A stretch of 64,000 nucleotides of DNA, taken from contig CAWFOU010000001.1 of NCBI GenBank assembly GCA_963817525.1, forward strand, positions 32,001-96,000, given 5' to 3'. Both the position numbers and the translations under genes were made by a program. The stretch comes from an uncultured archaeon. GTDB taxonomy: Archaea > Thermoproteota > Nitrososphaeria > Nitrososphaerales > Gagatemarchaeaceae. How positions within the stretch are numbered: the first letter of the stretch is position 1; every line of letters begins with the position of its first letter. Under the pieces are notes generated by a model. That model was not told the origin of the DNA, did not search any database, and saw only the letters and a program-made list of their open reading frames with translations. This document shows, in pieces, positions 58,280-64,000 of this stretch.

Positions 58280-59449
58280 CTAGTGCGCCGCATAGTACGC
58301 GGCCACCGCCCTGAAGGATTCCTTCGGCTCCCACGGCAAATCCGGATATGTCACACCGTGCTCGCCCGTCGGACCTGAGAAGCCGTCCAGGACGTGGGGG
58401 TCGAGGTCAATCCCCATCATTTCCCTGGCCCCCTGAACGGCCTGTCTCCTGAACTCTTCCACCGTTTCTGCCTCGGGGAAGCTCTTCACCAGGCTGAAGT
58501 TCGCCATGTCGGTGTCGTACCTCGGATCCGAGCGGTATGGGGAGTTAGGAACCACGAAGGTTTGCACGAAGGCGCCTTCAACCCCCGCTGCGTCGAGCAC
58601 CCCCAACTGATCGACCAGCTCGCGCGCCTGGAGCCCCTCGTCGCGGATGTAATGCCCGTCGGCCCTGGGCGGGACGTGCGCCATATCCAAGAACATCTTG
58701 GGAAGCTTCTTGTTCGGCCCCAGCAGGCCTTCTATCATCCCGAAGCTTATCATGAAGCCGCTGCCTCCGAGCAGGTCCGCGCCCCTGAAGGTGCAGCATC
58801 CGAACTCCCCTACGATGACGGGCTTGCCAAAGGCTTTGTACTTGATCATCGTCTGGCCATAGGAGTCTTTGATTCGTGCGTCTCTGTAATGGTCTACCCC
58901 CACGAAGTCGAAGGGTCTCCAGTCGACGACTTCGAAGGGTAGGGAGAAGTAGGTCAGCGGGCCGCGGAACGGCTTCGCGGCCTGGCTCAGGTTCGACAGG
59001 TACGCATTGAGCGGGCCGTTCTGCTTCCCAGCCATTATGTTGCCCCAGAACGAGGGGCGGGACATCCGGTCAAAGACGTGCTTGCCCTCGATCATCCCCT
59101 GGGAGAAGAGGGTGAGCTCGGAGCCCACGCTGAAGACCAGCTTTCCTGGCCACTTCCGACGGAGCTCCTCTGCCCGCTCCGCCGCGCTCGCGATGTATTC
59201 GAGAGTCTCCTCCTGGCTGCTGTCCCACATCTCGGGGCAGAACCAGACCTCCAGTCCCGCGTCCAGCGCGGCCTCGCTCGCGACGGCAAGCCGGTCGATG
59301 TCGAGGCCGCAGATCCTCACGGCGTTGCAGTGAAGGTCTTCCTTGATTATGCCCAGCTCCCGCGTTGCGAGAGCCGCGTCAAACTTCGGGCGCCACGATG
59401 CCCCCATCATCACGCGCCCCGCGTCGTAGCAGACCCCCTTGCGGTTCAA
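58280..59449 (-). CDS. TIM-barrel glycoside-hydrolase-like protein (family often labelled abortive infection protein)
   Basis: KGVCYD, DLHCNAVRI, SVGSE, GVDHY, VGEFG, PWEPKESF; TTG start overlaps the TetR stop. Confidence 0.7.
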   Translation of the reverse strand: MNRKGVCYDAGRVMMGASWRPKFDAALATRELGIIKEDLHCNAVRICGLDIDRLAVASEAALDAGLEVWFCPEMWDSSQEETLEYIASAAERAEELRRKWPGKLVFSVGSELTLFSQGMIEGKHVFDRMSRPSFWGNIMAGKQNGPLNAYLSNLSQAAKPFRGPLTYFSLPFEVVDWRPFDFVGVDHYRDARIKDSYGQTMIKYKAFGKPVIVGEFGCCTFRGADLLGGSGFMISFGMIEGLLGPNKKLPKMFLDMAHVPPRADGHYIRDEGLQARELVDQLGVLDAAGVEGAFVQTFVVPNSPYRSDPRYDTDMANFSLVKSFPEAETVEEFRRQAVQGAREMMGIDLDPHVLDGFSGPTGEHGVTYPDLPWEPKESFRAVAAYYAAH

Positions 59450-60069
59450 TTCGCGACCGCCTCCTTCGGGTCCGGCCTGACCATCCTCATGACGACCCTG
59501 GCGTCGGGGATGGACCCTCTCGCCTCGTCCGGGCTGAGGGTGAGCATCGCTCTGGACAGCCCGTCCAGGCAAGCCATCAACGCGCCCAGCAGCTGGTCAG
59601 GGTCGTCCTTGGCGATCTCCCCGGTTATCTGACCCTGCGCGATCAGCTTCCTCATCTCCGCTCGGACGACCCCCCCGCTCTTCCGGACGACGTCCCGGAG
59701 CTCGTTCGGAGCCTTGTAGTCGGTGAGCACCTGGTATAGCAGCTGATAGAACTCGGGCTCCCGCCGCCTCGCCGCCAGGATATACGAGATGAGAAGATAC
59801 AGCCTCTCTCCGGGGGTGCCTTTTATGGCCTTTAGGCGGGCGTTGAATCCCCCGCCCGCCTCGGTCGATTGCGCCACGAGAGTGGTGAGAATCGCCTCCT
59901 TGCTCGGGAAGTAGCGGTACGCCAGCCCCTGGCTGATACCCGCCTCCTCGGCGACCTCCGACATCGTGGCTGCCGTCCCCTTCCTGGCGAAGACCTTCCC
60001 AGCGGCCTCAAGGATCCTCGCTCTCGCCTCATCGCGCATCTCCTTACTCGCTTGCTTGCTTCTGGGCAC
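59446..60069 (-). CDS. TetR/AcrR family regulator
   Basis: ILEAAGKVFARKG, EVAEEAGISQGLAYRYFPSKE; start could also be 60081 or 60102. Confidence 0.93.
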   Translation of the reverse strand: MPRSKQASKEMRDEARARILEAAGKVFARKGTAATMSEVAEEAGISQGLAYRYFPSKEAILTTLVAQSTEAGGGFNARLKAIKGTPGERLYLLISYILAARRREPEFYQLLYQVLTDYKAPNELRDVVRKSGGVVRAEMRKLIAQGQITGEIAKDDPDQLLGALMACLDGLSRAMLTLSPDEARGSIPDARVVMRMVRPDPKEAVAN

Positions 60070-60085
60070 TGCTCCCGGCACCTTT

Positions 60086-60106
60086 ATGAATGAACGATTC
60101 ATTCAT
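60086..60106. promoter_or_regulatory. probable TetR operator
   Basis: ATGAATGAA-CGA-TTCATTCAT perfect 9-bp inverted repeat between a TATA-like TTATAG and the TetR start. Confidence 0.8.
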
Positions 60107-60178
60107 CTATAAGCCTATCTGCCTCACCGGAAGCGCCACGCGTGGGGCGCAAGGCGTAATATTCCGTCTTTCGGGACC

Positions 60179-60454
60179 ATGCTCATGTCGTCGCAAGGGC
60201 AGTCTTGGATTGACTTCCTCCCCCTCGTCCTCATAGTCTTCGCGGCGGTGGTCGTGATGCTCGCGGGAAGGGGCAAGATGCTAAAGTGCCCGGAGTGCGG
60301 AAACGTCTTTGCCCCGCCCTACTTCGACCTCAAGAGGTCGGGCATCGGATGGACGCTCCCCCGTCTGGGCGTGGTGAAGTGCCCAAAGTGCGACCAGACC
60401 CGCGCCAGGCGGGACTACATCAAAGGGCCGCCGATCTCGCAGGCCACTACCTGA
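60179..60454 (+). CDS. small membrane-anchored Zn-ribbon protein
   Basis: N-terminal TM, CPEC...CPKC. Confidence 0.7.
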   Translation: MLMSSQGQSWIDFLPLVLIVFAAVVVMLAGRGKMLKCPECGNVFAPPYFDLKRSGIGWTLPRLGVVKCPKCDQTRARRDYIKGPPISQATT

Positions 60455-61304
60455 AGAGCTCCTCGAGGGGGTTCTCCATCTCGCGGACCTCCCTGATCTT
60501 CACGCCCTGGGCGACCAGGCTCGCGATCAGGGCCGGGACCTCTTCCGGCCCCTTTAGCTCGTAGACGTAAAAGTCGCCATCCTTCTTGATCGAATCTAGC
60601 ACGAGCTCTGGCGCCAGGGTCCGCACGCCCACGGTGTACGTCTGGGTCCGGATCTCGTCTATTCTGCCGAATAGCGCGAGCTTCCCTCCCTTGATGGCGA
60701 TTACCTGGGTCCCGATCTCCCTCGCCTCGAAGAGGTTGTGGGAGGAGTAGAGCACGACCTTGTCCTTGCTGAGCCTGAGGACCAGCTCCCTGATCTCCCT
60801 CGCGATCTTTGGGTCGAGGTTGCTCGTGGGCTCGTCCAGTAGGTATACGCTCTTCTCCTTCAGGAATATCCTCGCCACCGAGACCCTCTTCTTCTGCCCC
60901 TGGCTGAGCTGTCCGAAGCGCATGCTGGCGAGCTCCTTGAGGTCGAGCAGCTCGATGACCCTCTTCACGTCCTCCTCGCTCCCGCCTTCGACGTCCGCGT
61001 AGAACTTGAGGCCGTCGTGCACGTCCATCCCCTCGGGGATGCCGTCCAGGTGCGTGATGTAGTCGATCTGCCTCCTCGCCTCCTTGTTCTGGCTAGGGAT
61101 GCCGTTGATCTCCACCCTCCCGCTGTACGGCCTGAGGATCCCGGCCAGCGTCCTGAGGAGGGTGGTCTTGCCCGCGCCGTTAGGGCCCAGGACTATGTAG
61201 ACCCCGGGCTCCGAGATGGAGAACGAGACGCCGTCGAGGACCTTTTTGCCGTAGTATCCAGAAGCGACGTCCTCCACGAGGATCGCTTGCGGCGGAGTCG
61301 TCAG
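60447..61304 (-). CDS. ABC-2 type exporter ATP-binding protein
   Basis: GPNGAGKTT, LSQGQ, LLDEP, SSH; CTG start inferred from GGAGG SD. Confidence 0.92.
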   Translation of the reverse strand: MTTPPQAILVEDVASGYYGKKVLDGVSFSISEPGVYIVLGPNGAGKTTLLRTLAGILRPYSGRVEINGIPSQNKEARRQIDYITHLDGIPEGMDVHDGLKFYADVEGGSEEDVKRVIELLDLKELASMRFGQLSQGQKKRVSVARIFLKEKSVYLLDEPTSNLDPKIAREIRELVLRLSKDKVVLYSSHNLFEAREIGTQVIAIKGGKLALFGRIDEIRTQTYTVGVRTLAPELVLDSIKKDGDFYVYELKGPEEVPALIASLVAQGVKIREVREMENPLEELFR

Positions 61305-61325
61305 CTCCTCCTCCCTCCCGTGCGG

Positions 61326-62843
61326 TCAGCCATTCGAAAGGAACCTCTCTCTTTGCATCTTGCTTCCGGCCACAGAGGCCATCGCCGCGACCGCAAGTAT
61401 CATGGCAGCCGATGCCCCGCCGACGACATAGAGTATGTGTCCCGAGCCAGGGCCCACCGCCAAGATCAGGACGGCGAGCACCGGCGCCATCCCCAACAGG
61501 GGCGCTATCCCGACGGGGCTGTTTACGCCAGGGCGGCGAGCAGTGAGCTGAGACCACAGCATCCCCGCCATCGTCATGAACATCGCAGCGGCGAAGCTGA
61601 GCGGCAGCGTGTAGAAGACCACCAGCTCTCCGAACACTGGCGTGAGCGCCCCCGCGTTCGTAAAGGCTAGGACCCCCACGGAGACCGCGAGGGAGACGAC
61701 CAAGACGAGGGCGACTAGGCCCATCGTCGCCGCTATCATCGACCAGAATATCGTAGAGACGTCCACCCCGTAGGCGAGCGTGTACTCGTAGACTCCCTTG
61801 TCCCTGTCGCTAGCGAAGATCATCAGCGCCCCGCTCGCACCCAGCACGGTGAACACCGGTAGCAGAAGTGGGAAGATCTGGCTCAGCAGCGGTCCGCCCG
61901 CCGTGCCCGCCTGGGTTGCCGCGCTCCCCGCGACGGAAAGCTCCGCGATGAGGAGCAACGGGAGGACCATCCCGATTCCGACGTAGATTTTCCCGAAGCT
62001 GAGGGCCCTCCTGAAGTTGGTGGAGACCAGAGCGCCGAGGCGCGCGCCGCCCTCCGGAGGAGGGGGGCTCGTGAAGCTCGTGCTCGCTCGTCTGTAGTCG
62101 CCGCGAGTGATCCCCAGGGCCACCGCCGCGGACGCCACACCTATGACGAACACGATGCCCTCGAAGGCTCCAAGGCTGAACGAGCTTTCGAAGGGGACGA
62201 GGAAGTCGACCAGGCCCATCGGAAGGGCGGCCAGGAGGAAGACCCTCTTGTCGTAGACCGCGGCGAGGACGCAGAGGTAGCCCCAAGAGAAGTGAAGGAG
62301 CAGCGACGAGACCCTTTCGAGTATTTCGTACCCAACGAGGGGAAGCGCGTTCGATGACGAATAGAATAGCGAGGGCGCGCCCTGGCTGAGCGTGGTGAAC
62401 AACTGCTGGGCCGTGGCCCCGGGGCCAGAGAGCGTGGCGTAGTAGACGGCGTAGTCTATCGCGGCGATGCCGCCGATGAGCACACCGTTCTCCCAAAGCG
62501 CCAGGCTGATGCCATACCCCTCCGCGTCGTTCGCTCGGAAAAAGCCGTGGGTGACGGCGTACCTGGCGAAGAGATATGCGAACCCCACCTCTATGAAAAC
62601 GGTCTGCAACCCAAAGTACGGCCCCAGCACCCAAGGGTTTCCGCTGACAGCGGAGTCGAGCGGCGCGTAGGTGACGGCCTGTATGAGGGCCTTCGTCCCT
62701 ATCGCTCCGAAGTAGGCTACCACGGAGAAGAGGATGACCCAGCCGGTGAGCCTCCTCTGCCGGCGCCAATATGCGGCAAGGCCGAAGCTGAATGCGACGA
62801 CTACTATGGGTCCAACAAAGTAGATCGGGTCGATGTTCTCCGT
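61326..62843 (-). CDS. YhfC/PrsW-like intramembrane protease domain fused to an ABC-2 permease domain; probable ACG start
   Basis: QTVFIE, LALWENG, ERVSSLLLH in the N-half; SDRDKGVYEYTLA permease motif in the C-half. Confidence 0.72.
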   Translation of the reverse strand, partial: TENIDPIYFVGPIVVVAFSFGLAAYWRRQRRLTGWVILFSVVAYFGAIGTKALIQAVTYAPLDSAVSGNPWVLGPYFGLQTVFIEVGFAYLFARYAVTHGFFRANDAEGYGISLALWENGVLIGGIAAIDYAVYYATLSGPGATAQQLFTTLSQGAPSLFYSSSNALPLVGYEILERVSSLLLHFSWGYLCVLAAVYDKRVFLLAALPMGLVDFLVPFESSFSLGAFEGIVFVIGVASAAVALGITRGDYRRASTSFTSPPPPEGGARLGALVSTNFRRALSFGKIYVGIGMVLPLLLIAELSVAGSAATQAGTAGGPLLSQIFPLLLPVFTVLGASGALMIFASDRDKGVYEYTLAYGVDVSTIFWSMIAATMGLVALVLVVSLAVSVGVLAFTNAGALTPVFGELVVFYTLPLSFAAAMFMTMAGMLWSQLTARRPGVNSPVGIAPLLGMAPVLAVLILAVGPGSGHILYVVGGASAAMILAVAAMASVAGSKMQRERFLSNG

Positions 62844-62951
62844 CTTCTCACCTCACGACGGCGCTCTCGCACCAGCTGTTGCCGACCCGCGCATGCCGAT
62901 GGAGGCCAATGCAACCTTCATATATATAATCGATGAAACCGCTTTCATCGT

Positions 62952-63458
62952 ATGAAAGTCCTCCGGGTGCTCGACCAATCAGAGACGAGGCTCCTCACAG
63001 ACCTCCTCAACCAGATGATTCTGAGGGAGCTCGTGCTCTCCGAGCGCTCAGTCACCGGACTCGCGAAGAAACTCAACTCCTCGACCCTGAAGCTCTGGCG
63101 GAGGATGCAGAAGCTCGAGTCGTCGGGCTTGATCGAGCTGTCGCGGGTCAAAAGGTCGGGAAACATCGAGACCAAGCTGTATCGTGCTACCGCGGCGAGC
63201 TACGTCCCTGACCAGTTCCTGCGGTTCAGGCCCACAAATCCCCGGCTGATGGATGCATTCGCCGTCTTCTCGGAGTTCCAGCGGAGGCTCGCGGCCGTGA
63301 TGCAGGAGTCGAATAAGATCCCGGAGGGCGCCGACCCTGTGGACTATTCCCTCTATGTGACCATGAGGTCATTCGTCCGAGTCTACGACGAGCCAAGAGC
63401 CCAGGAGAGGATGACTGAACTCAAGAGAAAGCTGGAAGAGTTCGAGCGACCTGTGTAA
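62952..63458 (+). CDS. ArsR-like winged-helix regulator
   Basis: ILRELVLSERSVTGLAKKL, LESSGLIE, KLYRA. Confidence 0.8.
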   Translation: MKVLRVLDQSETRLLTDLLNQMILRELVLSERSVTGLAKKLNSSTLKLWRRMQKLESSGLIELSRVKRSGNIETKLYRATAASYVPDQFLRFRPTNPRLMDAFAVFSEFQRRLAAVMQESNKIPEGADPVDYSLYVTMRSFVRVYDEPRAQERMTELKRKLEEFERPV

Positions 63459-63464
63459 GCGAGC

Positions 63465-64000
63465 TCAGCCCACGCTTCTGCTGAGTTGGAACTCGCAGTA
63501 GGGGTCGCCCATCGCGACACACCGCGTCTCCTCGCACCGCATCTGGGTGTCGAGCGTAACCGTGGCGCCACCCTTGAGATGTCCCCGTATCCACTGGCTG
63601 TTCGGCTTGGCGGTCCGCTTGCCCTGACACTCGATGCTGTCTGTGATCTGCACGACGAAATGCATCAGGTCGAAGTTCATCTCGACGAACTGACACCTGC
63701 CCACGCCCGTCGCCCCGTAGAGCTTCGCGAGCTGGCCCAAGAAGCGGCGAATGTCGCCCCTAAGGAGGCTGCGAAGACCCCCGGCGTAGATCGACCCCAG
63801 CGCCTCCCCTTCCTGGTAAGCGATCACGCTCTCTCCCGTGCCTAGCATCTGCCCCATGGCACCCAGCATCCTCTGGAAGGAGTCCTGCGAGATGAGCATC
63901 ACCCTGCTCCCCAGTCCCGACAGCGTCAGGGGGAAGAAGAGCTCCTCCACTACGAGCTCCTCGCCCGCTGACATCCTGACGTCCTTGAGGTTGCTTTGGG
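63465..64000 (-). CDS. V4R-domain protein (5' end outside the window)
   Basis: IEC, IRG, CEETRCVAMGDPYCEF. Confidence 0.8.
   Translation of the reverse strand, partial: QSNLKDVRMSAGEELVVEELFFPLTLSGLGSRVMLISQDSFQRMLGAMGQMLGTGESVIAYQEGEALGSIYAGGLRSLLRGDIRRFLGQLAKLYGATGVGRCQFVEMNFDLMHFVVQITDSIECQGKRTAKPNSQWIRGHLKGGATVTLDTQMRCEETRCVAMGDPYCEFQLSRSVG

Noticed and set aside
57906-58283. 125-aa plus-strand ORF
   Set aside because: Antisense shadow of the frameshifted PNPOx-like pseudogene

Overview
High-GC archaeal chromosome segment, most likely a TACK archaeon such as a non-ammonia-oxidising Nitrososphaerota (inferred from top6A/B, rio1, dim2, aIF2-beta, DUF424, a divergent FtsZ-like gene, grpE-dnaK-dnaJ and BHB-type tRNA introns). 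Housekeeping blocks (topoisomerase VI, ribosome biogenesis, chaperones, mtaP-apt-ahcY-metG, gcvPA/PB, a polyphosphate operon) alternate with lower-GC accessory patches. Main observations: (1) both tRNA genes I could reconstruct (Asn-GTT, Gln-TTG) carry two introns, three of the four at non-canonical positions, and each has a homing-type endonuclease gene at its 5' side; a two-motif LAGLIDADG ORF overlaps the tRNA-Gln 5' exon and is preceded by an intron-less, deleted copy of the same tRNA 5' end; (2) a four-gene operon of two signal-peptide-less PBP-fold proteins, a TrpB2 paralogue lacking the catalytic Glu, and a tryptophan 2,3-dioxygenase, possibly an undescribed pathway; (3) a SixA-PPX-2xTMK-like (PPK3)-CHAD polyphosphate operon; (4) three VapBC modules and several pseudogenes downstream of tRNA-Gln; (5) several exact palindromic operators, probable ACG/CTG start codons, a ribophorin-I-like protein and two unexplained structured intergenic elements. 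All product calls come from motif recognition by eye; no searches were run.
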